A stretch of 64,000 nucleotides of DNA. Source: Oligoflexia bacterium. Lineage in GTDB: Bacteria > Bdellovibrionota > Bdellovibrionia > JABDDW01. The DNA lies in NCBI GenBank assembly GCA_043732305.1, contig JAYTHU010000062.1, positions 1 through 64,000 on the forward strand. Direction: 5' to 3'. This document shows positions 1-9,502 of this stretch, piece after piece. How positions within the stretch are numbered: the first letter of the stretch is position 1; each line of letters opens with the position of its first letter. A program made the position numbers and the translations under genes. The notes under the pieces are model-generated. The model was not told where the DNA came from, did not search any database, and was given only the letters and a program-made list of their open reading frames with translations.

Positions 1-2
1 GC

Positions 3-281
3 GAAGGACTCTTGTTTGCCCTATTTTTAAGTTTAGAAATGAAAATGCTATCTATGGCCAAGGCAATTGAAATCTCCAACTACCTAAGTGATTGCGGTAT
101 CAGAAATATGAATTTTCAAATCTCGACGAAATCAGCAAAGAAATATTTTCTTCGAGATAAAAAAAACGAAACTCGCGAAAACGTGCAATTTGTATTGATC
201 AAAGATTTTGGAAATCTAAAAGTAGTTGATATTCCTATCTCAGAAGTTTTGCTTGCTTTGAAAAAGTTCGGAGGCTTTTAA
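3..281 (+). CDS. aroB: 3-dehydroquinate synthase, C-terminal part (5' end outside window)
   Basis: Frame is open from the window edge (EGLLFALF...). DKK...FVLIKDFG resembles the AroB C-terminus. Directly upstream of aroA. Confidence 0.75.
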   Translation, partial: EGLLFALFLSLEMKMLSMAKAIEISNYLSDCGIRNMNFQISTKSAKKYFLRDKKNETRENVQFVLIKDFGNLKVVDIPISEVLLALKKFGGF

Positions 282-1523
282 ATGTCTTTCGAATATCGCG
301 GTCCGGTTGCACCTTCAAAATCCGAAATGATAAGAGCACTTGCGCTAAAATCCTGGAATTCGGAAATCAAAATCTCTAATGAGGCAGTTCAGTCCCTGAT
401 TGCCGAAGACATTGGCAACGCAGAAAAGTGTTTTGCAGGCGTAGTCCAAAGACTGAAGACATTTGACACAGGTGAATCCGCCCTCACTCTTAGACTATTA
501 ATGGCTAGACTTTCCAGGCTTCATGGGGAATTTAAAATTTGTGGGAATAAAAGATTGTTCGAGCGACCACACCAAGAACTATGCCGCTTGTTAATAACAT
601 TGGGAGCCAAAATAGAATGGTTTTCTGAGCATGTGATTATTTCATCGCAAGGATGGATAATTCCTGAAGCCGGTTTAGAAATTGATGGAAGTCAGTCTAG
701 TCAATTTGCTTCAGCACTTTTTATAAATTCGTGGGATTTGCCTGCACCTCTGAAAGTAGTAATACATTCCCAAGTTTCAGAAGGTTATTTTGAATTGACG
801 CTCAAAACTTTAGAAACTCTTGGTTTTAGTTATGAGCGGTCAATATCACCTACGGGCTCGATCTTTCTGATAGAGCCAAGGCAAAAAATTCCCTCATCGA
901 TTATTTCAGTCGCAGCCGATATGAGCACTGCATTCACTATCGCAAGTTGGGCTACTCTCGGAGGACTTTGCGAGATTAGTAATATTCCTATAGCGAGCCT
1001 ACAGCCAGACTATGTCTTTCTGGAAATTTTCAGGGCGATGAATGTGAATCTGGAATATTACTCAGAAATATTGAAAGTTTCTAAGACAGAAAAACTTTCT
1101 CCAATACATTGGAATTTAAAAAACTCACCTGATCTCTGGCCGGTACTGTCTGTTCTATGCGGATTAGCTGAAGGGAGATCAATTTTGACGGGGGCTTCCC
1201 AATTGAAGTGGAAAGAATCCAACCGATTGGCAAAATCACAGGAACTGTTAATTCATATGAACAGAGCATTTGAAGTTATCGATGATGGCATTTTAATTGA
1301 CGGAAGGCCTTTCTCCAATCTAGATGCTGAAACTCAATTCACTTTTAATCCTGATCAGGATCATCGTTGGGTGATGGCCGCGCACGCCGCAAAACTTGCT
1401 GGCTTTAAAATCAATATTGAAAATCCTGAAGTAATAAATAAAACGGCGCCCCAACTATTCCCCTTCATCAACAATTTTCCTGGGAATAATTCTCTTTTTT
1501 CAAAACAAGAAAACGTAAAATGA
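282..1523 (+). CDS. aroA: EPSP synthase (3-phosphoshikimate 1-carboxyvinyltransferase)
   Basis: PSKS..RAL, SQSSQFASAL, KESNRL, DHR..MA and NKT.P motifs; aro operon context. Confidence 0.93.
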   Translation: MSFEYRGPVAPSKSEMIRALALKSWNSEIKISNEAVQSLIAEDIGNAEKCFAGVVQRLKTFDTGESALTLRLLMARLSRLHGEFKICGNKRLFERPHQELCRLLITLGAKIEWFSEHVIISSQGWIIPEAGLEIDGSQSSQFASALFINSWDLPAPLKVVIHSQVSEGYFELTLKTLETLGFSYERSISPTGSIFLIEPRQKIPSSIISVAADMSTAFTIASWATLGGLCEISNIPIASLQPDYVFLEIFRAMNVNLEYYSEILKVSKTEKLSPIHWNLKNSPDLWPVLSVLCGLAEGRSILTGASQLKWKESNRLAKSQELLIHMNRAFEVIDDGILIDGRPFSNLDAETQFTFNPDQDHRWVMAAHAAKLAGFKINIENPEVINKTAPQLFPFINNFPGNNSLFSKQENVK

Positions 1524-3316
1524 TCCATTTTTTAATTGGTCACCGAGGGGTCGGAAAAACAAGTCTGCTGGGACGGCTCCGTTTTTACAAACCTGATGCT
1601 GAATTTTATGATTTAGATCAAGTCATAGAAGTTCAAAATCGAGCGTCAATAACAAACATTTTTGAGATAAATGGCGAATCCGAGTTCCGCAGACTTGAGA
1701 AAAAATCCTTAAATTATTTACTTGATCTAATCGAGTCAAAATCTTCCTCTGACATAAACACTTACATTTCTCTCGGAGCGGGAATCGATCTCTCACAAAT
1801 TCCAACTCACCTCGACCGGCGATTTATTTGGGTGAAAAGAAAAACCGATCGTGAAGGAAGGATTTTCTTGAATCGACCAGCCTTCGATGAAAATCTAAGT
1901 CCGCTGCAAGATTACCTTTCCCGTTTTGAGGCAAGAGAATCAAGCTATCGCGTAAAGGCGGATTTAATCTATCTCATGCCCGAAGGTATTTCAGAGCCAT
2001 TCGAACAAGAAAAACTATTTTTTGAGAGCGAAATAAACATGGTTGGAGCGGCCCTCACCCTACTGCCTGAAAACTTTCGGTCTCCTTATTTTTTCAAACG
2101 CTGGATCAAAGAAAGACTAGACTGGAACTTGGACTTGTTTGAGTTCAGAGATGACTTGATAGATTCTCAGATTTTCCCTTTTGTTTTGGAAGAGATTCCC
2201 CCATCACAGATTATATTTAGTTTTCGAAATCGAAAAACCAGTACAAACTTTGAGTATGTGAAATCATTGGGTGTGTTTGTTGATTGGCCCTTGGAATTTG
2301 GTGAAGCTCCCGGAACTGTGGACATTTGCTCACTCCATAAAAGGTCAACCGGAATCTTCGAAAACACTTTATCAAAAATCTCTGCTTCAAATGCAAAATT
2401 TTTGAAACTTGCCTGCAAAATAGAAAATTTCACCGAACTTTGGCAAGGACATGAATGGTCCCTCCTTGATCCTGTGAGAAACATCTTTCTTCCGATGGGC
2501 GGAAACTGGCATTGGTACCGGCTTCTGATGAAAAACCGCTTTGCATTGAACTACGTCAGAGAAGGCGATGGAACAAGTTCCGATCAACCCACGTTGATGC
2601 AATGGATGATGACTCCTACTTCGGTAAAAAACTTCTCCGCCGTTTTAGGAAATCCAGTGGAGCATAGCATTTCACCTTTTGAACATAGAGAGACGACATT
2701 TTTTGATATTAGAATTCCGTCAACCGATAGCAAAGAGTTTTCCATCGCGCTAAATATTTTGAAAAAATTGGGGATGAAAAATGCCGCAGTCACCACCCCA
2801 TTTAAAAATGCCGCGTTCGACATTTCCCACACTGATGACTTGGAAACTTTGATGCTCAAATCGATGAACACTTTGGCTCTTCATGATTCGAAATGGGTGG
2901 GCATAAATACAGATCTGCCGGCTTTAAAAGTTGAATTACAAAAACTCATCCAGGAATTTCCCCAAACTTCTGAATATGCCGTCTGGGGCGGAGGAGGAAC
3001 ATTGGAAGGGATCAAAGCCGTGGTGCCGAATGCTCAGTTGTATTCAGCGCGAACGGGTAAAAGACGGTCACCGGGTGATTCAACTGACACTGATCCTAAA
3101 GTTGTTATTTGGGCCTCTGGGCGCGGATCAGACCTCGCAAACCCGCCACTATCGTGGGTTCCAGCGATTATTTTTGATCTTAACTACGCTGAGGACTCCC
3201 CCGCTAGAGAGTACGCAATTAAGACTGGCGCTCGGTATGTGTCTGGCCTTAATATGTTCCGCATTCAAGCAAAATTTCAAAAAAAGTTCTGGAAGCAAGA
3301 AGGATTATCCAAATGA
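1520..3316 (+). CDS. Trifunctional shikimate kinase / type I 3-dehydroquinate dehydratase / shikimate dehydrogenase fusion (AroK-AroD-AroE)
   Basis: N-terminal GHRGVGKTS P-loop, DLD and GESEFRRLE (AroK). Middle FEFRDD, FSFR, CSLH, FLKLAC, PMG and DQP (type I DHQase pattern). C-terminal GNPVEHSISP, VTTPFK, NTL, NTD, GGGGT, FDLNY and GLNMF..QA..Q..FW (AroE). Confidence 0.85.
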   Translation: MIHFLIGHRGVGKTSLLGRLRFYKPDAEFYDLDQVIEVQNRASITNIFEINGESEFRRLEKKSLNYLLDLIESKSSSDINTYISLGAGIDLSQIPTHLDRRFIWVKRKTDREGRIFLNRPAFDENLSPLQDYLSRFEARESSYRVKADLIYLMPEGISEPFEQEKLFFESEINMVGAALTLLPENFRSPYFFKRWIKERLDWNLDLFEFRDDLIDSQIFPFVLEEIPPSQIIFSFRNRKTSTNFEYVKSLGVFVDWPLEFGEAPGTVDICSLHKRSTGIFENTLSKISASNAKFLKLACKIENFTELWQGHEWSLLDPVRNIFLPMGGNWHWYRLLMKNRFALNYVREGDGTSSDQPTLMQWMMTPTSVKNFSAVLGNPVEHSISPFEHRETTFFDIRIPSTDSKEFSIALNILKKLGMKNAAVTTPFKNAAFDISHTDDLETLMLKSMNTLALHDSKWVGINTDLPALKVELQKLIQEFPQTSEYAVWGGGGTLEGIKAVVPNAQLYSARTGKRRSPGDSTDTDPKVVIWASGRGSDLANPPLSWVPAIIFDLNYAEDSPAREYAIKTGARYVSGLNMFRIQAKFQKKFWKQEGLSK

Positions 3317-4386
3317 GTTCAGCAAACACCTGGGGAAAACATTTTACCGTCACAAGTTTTGGTGAAAGTCATGGCGAAGCCATGGGCGTGATCATCGATG
3401 GCTGCCCCGCCGGAATCAAATTCAATATGGAATTACTCATGGATAATTTAGCGCGCAGACGCCCAGGCGGAGACTTAGTTTCGGCTCGTCGGGAAGATGA
3501 CGTTCCTCGAATTTTAAGTGGCGTGCTTGAAGAAAAAACTTTGGGATCACCCATCGCAATCGTTGTTCGAAATAAAGACGCTAAACCACACGATTACGTT
3601 GATCTTCCTTATCGCGCAGGACACGCTGATGATGTGTGGAAAGATAAGTTTGGACACAGTGACCCACGTGGTGGCGGTAGAGCTTCAGGGCGTGAGACTA
3701 TCGCCCGAGTTATGGCTGGGAGTGTCGCCCAAATGCTTTTATACGAAGTGATTCCCAAATTTTCCATCGTTGGATTTGCAGCCAAAATTGGACCTCTTTC
3801 TTTAATCGCAAAAGACAAATTGGCTTTAGAGAAAAACAAATCACTCACCCCAGGAACGATCGACGAATTTCCCGCAAGATTTCCGTCAGCAAGCCAATCT
3901 AAAGCTGTGATTAAACTTTTGGCCGAAGCTAAAGTTGAAGGAAAAAGTTACGGCGGCGTTGCTGAAATCTGGGTTGACAATATGCCACGTGGATTAGGAC
4001 AGCCCGTGTTTCACAAGCTCAAGGCAGATCTGGCAGCAGCGATGATGAGTGTTGGAGCAACTGCAGCAGTAGAAATTGGTGATGGCTTTGAGAGTGCATC
4101 AGCTGAAGGTTCTGAGTTTCATGGAAAAGCTGCGGCAAGTGCTGAAGGCAAAGCCGTTTATGGTGGCATTCGTGGTGGTATCAGCACTGGAGAAAAAATT
4201 GTCATTCGCGTGACGTTTAAACCTACAGCCAGTGTTATGGAAGTGGCTAAATCTGGACGTCACGATCCCTGCATCATTCCCCGAGCCATTCCCGTACTTG
4301 AGAGCATGGTGCAAATTGTTTTAGCCGATCACTTGCTTTGGGCTGCTAAAGATAAAATCGAAAACATAAAACGAATTTTCTCTTAA
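3313..4386 (+). CDS. aroC: Chorismate synthase
   Basis: FGESHG, RAGHAD, RGGGRASGRET, GGIRGGISTG, FKPT.S and GRHDPC motifs. Confidence 0.97.
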   Translation: MSSANTWGKHFTVTSFGESHGEAMGVIIDGCPAGIKFNMELLMDNLARRRPGGDLVSARREDDVPRILSGVLEEKTLGSPIAIVVRNKDAKPHDYVDLPYRAGHADDVWKDKFGHSDPRGGGRASGRETIARVMAGSVAQMLLYEVIPKFSIVGFAAKIGPLSLIAKDKLALEKNKSLTPGTIDEFPARFPSASQSKAVIKLLAEAKVEGKSYGGVAEIWVDNMPRGLGQPVFHKLKADLAAAMMSVGATAAVEIGDGFESASAEGSEFHGKAAASAEGKAVYGGIRGGISTGEKIVIRVTFKPTASVMEVAKSGRHDPCIIPRAIPVLESMVQIVLADHLLWAAKDKIENIKRIFS

Positions 4387-4406
4387 AATCATCACGAGGT
4401 CGAGTT

Positions 4407-4808
4407 GTGAAAAAAGTTTTTAAACATCAAATTCAAATTCCTTTTCACTTGTGTGACCCTGCTGGCATTCTTTTTTACGGAAACTTTTTTGGTCTCGCTC
4501 ACTCTACTTATGAATTGTGGATCACTAAAGAAGCTGGCAGTTGGGATAAGTGGTTTAGTAATGGCGAATGGATTGCTCCAATCAAATCGACACACGCCGA
4601 ATATTTCAAACCATTGCCCGCCGGTACCATGACCAACGTAGAAATAATTCTGAAGTCTGTTACTGAAAGTTCATTCACCATAGTGACTGAATTTACAGTT
4701 GGCGAAGTAACTCACGCATGCATTGAAACCGTTCAAGTGTTTTGTGACAAGAAATCTTTCACAAAAATTTCTGTGCCCAAAAATGTCTCAACATTCATCC
4801 GTTTATAA
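4407..4808 (+). CDS. Hotdog-fold 4HBT-family thioesterase, probable DHNA-CoA thioesterase
   Basis: DPAGILFYGNFF motif; located between the aro operon and the men cluster, which has no other thioesterase. Confidence 0.7.
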   Translation: MKKVFKHQIQIPFHLCDPAGILFYGNFFGLAHSTYELWITKEAGSWDKWFSNGEWIAPIKSTHAEYFKPLPAGTMTNVEIILKSVTESSFTIVTEFTVGEVTHACIETVQVFCDKKSFTKISVPKNVSTFIRL

Positions 4809-4815
4809 TTAAAAA

Positions 4816-5997
4816 TTATAATTTATTTTTTAAAACCTTGCCCAAATCAGATCTTGGAATATGCGAGACATGATGGGTTTGACGAATCTTTTCGAAAGGT
4901 CGCACGCGCGAGTTATAGTCGGCAACGACTTCTGCGATAGGAAACTTTGATGGAACATCAATCGATTCAACAAATAATTCCGGACTGCGCCCCAATCTTT
5001 CATCTGGTTTTAAAACCAAAGCCATTTCCGGAAGGTCGATTTTCTTGACCAGCCTCCAATCATCTAAAACATTTTGTAGATGATTGGAAAGCTCATAATA
5101 AGATACTAATTCGCCGGCGACCTTATAAACTTCGTCGAATCTGCCCAAAGGTCTAACTGTCGAGTTTTCGACTTGCGCGCGATCTTCTGATGGAAACCAA
5201 AGTTCTTTTTGTACTTCAAACAATGGCACTGGCTGCCAGCGAATTTTTTCTAAGTTCTCTAGATTTTGATAGAGGTAACCTTCAAAGAGGGACTCAGCCT
5301 GCACGAGCAACCGGGATTCAAAATCAGTTCTGACCTTTGCGTGAGAAAGCACTTCTAGTTCCGGATAAGTTATTCGATTTAACGAATCAAGAGAAGCAGT
5401 CGCAATTTGAGAACATGTTTCTGTCATGCCGTAACTTGGCAGAAGAGGCCAACCGAGTTCACGCGCTTTAGAATAAAGACCTTCAGAAAGTGCGCCACCA
5501 CCGACAACGACAGCGCGCAAATTTTCGGGTGCGGTCATTTCTTTTTTCACTAAATCATAAACTTGTGTCGGAACGAGAGCGAGCAAAGTGGATTTAGAAG
5601 TTTGCAAAGCTTCATAAAAATCGGTCACGTCCCATCGAAACGGTTCATCTCGGGAAAGCAAGCCGTACCAATTGTAAATCAAACTCCCACTCAGAAATGC
5701 TCGCGCTTCGATGGAGAACCCGCCGACATGATGAGGAGGAAGAGCTTGAAACCAAATGTCGGTTGAAGCAGCTTGCAGATGAATGTTAACGGCGTTGGCT
5801 GAAGCCAAAACCCCATTATAAGAATGCACAACCCATTTAGTTTGATTGACAAATGTAGACCCAGATGTGGCGACAAAAATATGGGAATCCCATGCGTCTT
5901 CTTCATCGAGGAATTCTTTAAGCTCCACAACTGATCGGCTTTGGGGCGAACCAGTGGCAATAAAATTTGGACGCAAATCCCAATCGATTTTTTTCAT
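4816..5997 (-). CDS. menE: O-succinylbenzoate-CoA ligase (short form)
   Basis: TSGST, LPPHHVGG, LVPTQ, SYGMTET, GR.D...KVAGE and PRSDLGK motifs. Start placed at 5997 from the ATGA overlap with menC. Confidence 0.9.
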   Translation of the reverse strand: MKKIDWDLRPNFIATGSPQSRSVVELKEFLDEEDAWDSHIFVATSGSTFVNQTKWVVHSYNGVLASANAVNIHLQAASTDIWFQALPPHHVGGFSIEARAFLSGSLIYNWYGLLSRDEPFRWDVTDFYEALQTSKSTLLALVPTQVYDLVKKEMTAPENLRAVVVGGGALSEGLYSKARELGWPLLPSYGMTETCSQIATASLDSLNRITYPELEVLSHAKVRTDFESRLLVQAESLFEGYLYQNLENLEKIRWQPVPLFEVQKELWFPSEDRAQVENSTVRPLGRFDEVYKVAGELVSYYELSNHLQNVLDDWRLVKKIDLPEMALVLKPDERLGRSPELFVESIDVPSKFPIAEVVADYNSRVRPFEKIRQTHHVSHIPRSDLGKVLKNKL

Positions 5998-6992
5998 AAG
6001 AAAAAATTCCATTTCAATTTTGCGAGCTCTTCGTCAAAACCAAATCCACTTCCAGAAAAATCTTGTAACTTTGGACCTCTCACTGGGATTTTCGAGAAAA
6101 AACCATCATTAGAAAAATCGCCATGTGAAACAAGTCCACAAGGCGTAATGAGTCCAGGGTTTTGTTCATTGATTTTTGCGGCCTCAAAGGTTGCTGACAT
6201 AATTCCTAAGGCGTGATCGAGAGAAGTAGTGACAGAAATCTGCAAATTATTTCTCTTGGCCAATGCGGTAATCTCTTCGGCTAACTGATGGGACGGTTTG
6301 AAAATCAAAATGTCAGCAAACTTTCCAAGCTCTCGGCGGTCCTTAGATTCCACATATTTAAGCTGATGATCTAGAGCTAGTTTTATTCCCCAACGTGATT
6401 TTAGCTTCTGCCAATGTTGTGCAACGAAAAGACAGGGGTCCTCAACAAAATCGATGAGATTGAAATGTCTAAATTCCTTAAACCAAACGGAGAAGAACCC
6501 GTCAGCCTTAGCAAAATCCCCGCTCGCATTAAAATCTAAACGAAGTTTTAAATTCAGACGCTCAAGCTCACTCGCAAGCTCTTTGATTTTCTCTATTTCA
6601 GGAAAGGACATAGAGACAAGAAATATTTTTACCTTTAATATTTTAAAACCTCTGTCAGCAATATCGAGCAATTTTTCAAACGTCAAACTCTCAAGATCAC
6701 TCACAAAAAAATGACTCTCGGGAATTTTTAATCCGTTCATCAAGGAGATTCCCGCTCGTCTTGCTTCGGCATCTATCTTCGCAAAACCTAGGCTCTTATA
6801 AAATGCGGGTGTGGGCTTACCGTCAAGCACGAGACCCAGTTGTTGGTGCAGCGGTTTTTCTTCTAATTCAGGCCAAGGATGAATATCCGCGTAACCAGTG
6901 AGTGATTCAGTAAACTCAATCTTAAAAAGCGCCCCGGCGTGGGGCTTCAGATTCCCGCGAGTAAGAAAGTAATTATGTAACCAGACTTTCAC
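5994..6992 (-). CDS. menC: O-succinylbenzoate synthase (enolase superfamily)
   Basis: KVK, LRLDFN, FVEDP, ALD and FKPS motifs; men operon. Confidence 0.85.
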   Translation of the reverse strand: MKVWLHNYFLTRGNLKPHAGALFKIEFTESLTGYADIHPWPELEEKPLHQQLGLVLDGKPTPAFYKSLGFAKIDAEARRAGISLMNGLKIPESHFFVSDLESLTFEKLLDIADRGFKILKVKIFLVSMSFPEIEKIKELASELERLNLKLRLDFNASGDFAKADGFFSVWFKEFRHFNLIDFVEDPCLFVAQHWQKLKSRWGIKLALDHQLKYVESKDRRELGKFADILIFKPSHQLAEEITALAKRNNLQISVTTSLDHALGIMSATFEAAKINEQNPGLITPCGLVSHGDFSNDGFFSKIPVRGPKLQDFSGSGFGFDEELAKLKWNFFL

Positions 6993-7870
6993 GAAACGAA
7001 AATTCCTAGACTTAGCAACACTCCAAAAAGCATGTGGAGTGCTCCCGACATAGCGAGGAATCGATTGTAAAGAGGGCTAGGATCCGTGCGCAAAACATTA
7101 AATGAAATTTTAAGTGCCAAAGGAATAACCATCAACGGAAAAACAAAAGCCCATGATAAGCCTTCGTAAAAGTAATGGAGACCCATGAGGGCAGGAACAA
7201 AACTACAAAGAAAAATTTCGACGCGCATAAACTTAGAACCAAATCTCACGGCTAGAGTTTTCTTAGAAACTTTTCTATCTTGATGCATGTCGCGAAAATT
7301 ATTGATCGCAATCAAAACAACTGACATCAGTCCCACTTGCGAACCAGCCCAAAAAGAGTCAAAACTCCAGTGCATTGTTTGCAGAAAATAAGTTCCCATA
7401 ACAGCGATCACGCCAAAAAACATATAAACAAACACATCTCCCAAACCAAGATATGCCAGTGGAAAAGGACCACCTGTATAGCTATAAGCCATTGCTGTGG
7501 AAACAATTCCGATGAGCACAATCGGGAGCCCGCCCACAATCACAAGTGGAACTCCAAAAGCCAATGCCACAAGCAGGCAAATCATTCCAGCAATCATCAT
7601 TCGTTTGTAACCAAGAAACCCACCTTGGGTCATTCGCTGAGGCCCAATACGTTCGGCAGTATCCGCCCCTTTTTTGAAATCAATGGCATCGTTTAAATAG
7701 TTGGTTGCGATTTGAATAAAGAGACTGGAAATCAGTGTGCAGATAAATACCCAACCGTTAAACAATTGAGTTTGTTTAACGGCAAGTACCGTCCCAACCA
7801 CCACGGGAACCCACGAGGCAGAAAGAGTTTTTGGTCTTGCGGCTAAGATCCAAAACTTTATGTTTTTCAT
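6989..7870 (-). CDS. menA: 1,4-dihydroxy-2-naphthoate polyprenyltransferase
   Basis: ARPKTL, NDAIDFKKGAD, YTGGPFPLAYLGLG and NNFRD...D...KKTLAVRFG motifs. Confidence 0.96.
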   Translation of the reverse strand: MKNIKFWILAARPKTLSASWVPVVVGTVLAVKQTQLFNGWVFICTLISSLFIQIATNYLNDAIDFKKGADTAERIGPQRMTQGGFLGYKRMMIAGMICLLVALAFGVPLVIVGGLPIVLIGIVSTAMAYSYTGGPFPLAYLGLGDVFVYMFFGVIAVMGTYFLQTMHWSFDSFWAGSQVGLMSVVLIAINNFRDMHQDRKVSKKTLAVRFGSKFMRVEIFLCSFVPALMGLHYFYEGLSWAFVFPLMVIPLALKISFNVLRTDPSPLYNRFLAMSGALHMLFGVLLSLGIFVS

Positions 7871-8724
7871 TAAGGCAATCTTCCAAATTTTCTAAAATCT
7901 GGTTTGCGTTTTTCAATGAAGGCTTGTTTTCCTTCATTCGCTTCTTCAGTCATATAATAAAGAAGTGTGGCGTTACCTGCAAAATCGACCAGACCCATTT
8001 GCCCGTCACAATCGGCATTCATGGCAGCTTTCAAGCAGCGAATGGCCAAAGGTGAATTTTCTAGAATTTCACGACACCACTTCAAGGTTTCAATTTCCAG
8101 TTCATCGTAAGGCACTACTTTGTTTACGAGTCCCATGTCCAAAGCTTCTTCAGCATTGTATTGGCGACAGAGATACCAAATTTCGCGCGCTTTTTTCTGG
8201 CCTACAATGCGTGCAAGATAACTGCTGCCTAAGCCGCCGTCAAAAGATCCAACTTTAGGACCGGTTTGTCCAAACCGCGCATTGTCAGCGGCAATGCTTA
8301 AATCACAAACCACTTGAAGCACATGACCACCGCCAATGGCGTAACCAGCAACCATTGCAATGACTGGCACGGGGAGTGATCTGATTTGCTTTTGTAAATC
8401 CAAAACATTCAATCGAGTCACACCATCTTTTCCGACGTAACCGCCTTTGCCACGCACTCTTTGATCTCCACCAGAACAGAAAGCCTCTTTGCCTTCGCCG
8501 GTCAGAATCACGACACCAATTTCTGAATCATCACGGCACATCCGGAACGCTTCAATCAATTCGGTGACAGTTTGAGGCCTGAAAGCATTCCGAACTTCGG
8601 GACGATTGATTGTGACTTTTGCAACACCGTCTGCGGTGCGCTCAAACTTAATATCTTCAAAAGTTTTTAAGCTCGTCCATTCATTCTGGTTTTGATTTTT
8701 ACTCTCGGTTTTATTTTGATCCAT
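7870..8724 (-). CDS. menB: 1,4-dihydroxy-2-naphthoyl-CoA synthase
   Basis: [24 protein letters not shown] and [14 protein letters not shown] motifs. Confidence 0.98.
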   Translation of the reverse strand: MDQNKTESKNQNQNEWTSLKTFEDIKFERTADGVAKVTINRPEVRNAFRPQTVTELIEAFRMCRDDSEIGVVILTGEGKEAFCSGGDQRVRGKGGYVGKDGVTRLNVLDLQKQIRSLPVPVIAMVAGYAIGGGHVLQVVCDLSIAADNARFGQTGPKVGSFDGGLGSSYLARIVGQKKAREIWYLCRQYNAEEALDMGLVNKVVPYDELEIETLKWCREILENSPLAIRCLKAAMNADCDGQMGLVDFAGNATLLYYMTEEANEGKQAFIEKRKPDFRKFGRLP

Positions 8725-9502
8725 CGGGGGTCTCCAAAAATGATTTGAGTTTATTGATAAAAGTTTTTTGTTTCATTTCCCATGGCACACGATGTCCCAC
8801 TTGAGAAACTACCCAGGATTCTCCATGCAATGCAAGCTTGGCCATTTCTTCAGCGAGTTCAGAGAATTTCCGATCTTCTCCTCCGGCTACAAAAAGCAGC
8901 GGGGTCTGAATGTCGGCAATTTTCAGTCGCATATTTTCTTGATGAGCGAGCGAGAATTCTGTGAGTAAACGTGCAAGTCGCCCCTTATTCACACTATCTT
9001 CCGGCCGCTGCAGAGGCAATCGCGAGCCTGAAAACACCGGCTGACTATTCCATTGCTCAAGCGTGGCATTCCATGCCTGAGTGGAGAATTTTTTAGCCCA
9101 CTGTCCGTCAGATTTAAGGCGCTCTCCTCGTTCAAAATGATCTTTGAGTCCCGGATGTGCAGAGATCACAACGCCTTTTTTCCAACGGGAACTGCGTTGA
9201 GTTAAAGCATGAAGTGCGAGGCGCCCGCCTAACGAATATCCAACAATGGCGTCGGCGCCTTCGTGTTCAGCAAGTTTATTAATCGTGTTTGCGGCATAAG
9301 TAAAAGTTTCGGTGGAGCTGTAACCTTCAAAGAGGTAATTCCCCGTCATTGATTTTTGAGATTGATAAAGTTCGGGTAAAAATTCCTCAGGACTATGAGC
9401 CGAAAATTCAAAATCCCAACTTCGGGCATGTTCTTTTAAGAAGTCCCAATCGCTCGGTTGACCTAGAAATCCAGAGATGAAAAATACTTTAGATTTTTTC
9501 AT
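8711..9502 (-). CDS. menH: SHCHC synthase (alpha/beta hydrolase)
   Basis: [21 protein letters not shown] and GHRV motifs; between menD and menB. Start placed at ATG 9502. Confidence 0.88.
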   Translation of the reverse strand: MKKSKVFFISGFLGQPSDWDFLKEHARSWDFEFSAHSPEEFLPELYQSQKSMTGNYLFEGYSSTETFTYAANTINKLAEHEGADAIVGYSLGGRLALHALTQRSSRWKKGVVISAHPGLKDHFERGERLKSDGQWAKKFSTQAWNATLEQWNSQPVFSGSRLPLQRPEDSVNKGRLARLLTEFSLAHQENMRLKIADIQTPLLFVAGGEDRKFSELAEEMAKLALHGESWVVSQVGHRVPWEMKQKTFINKLKSFLETPDGSK

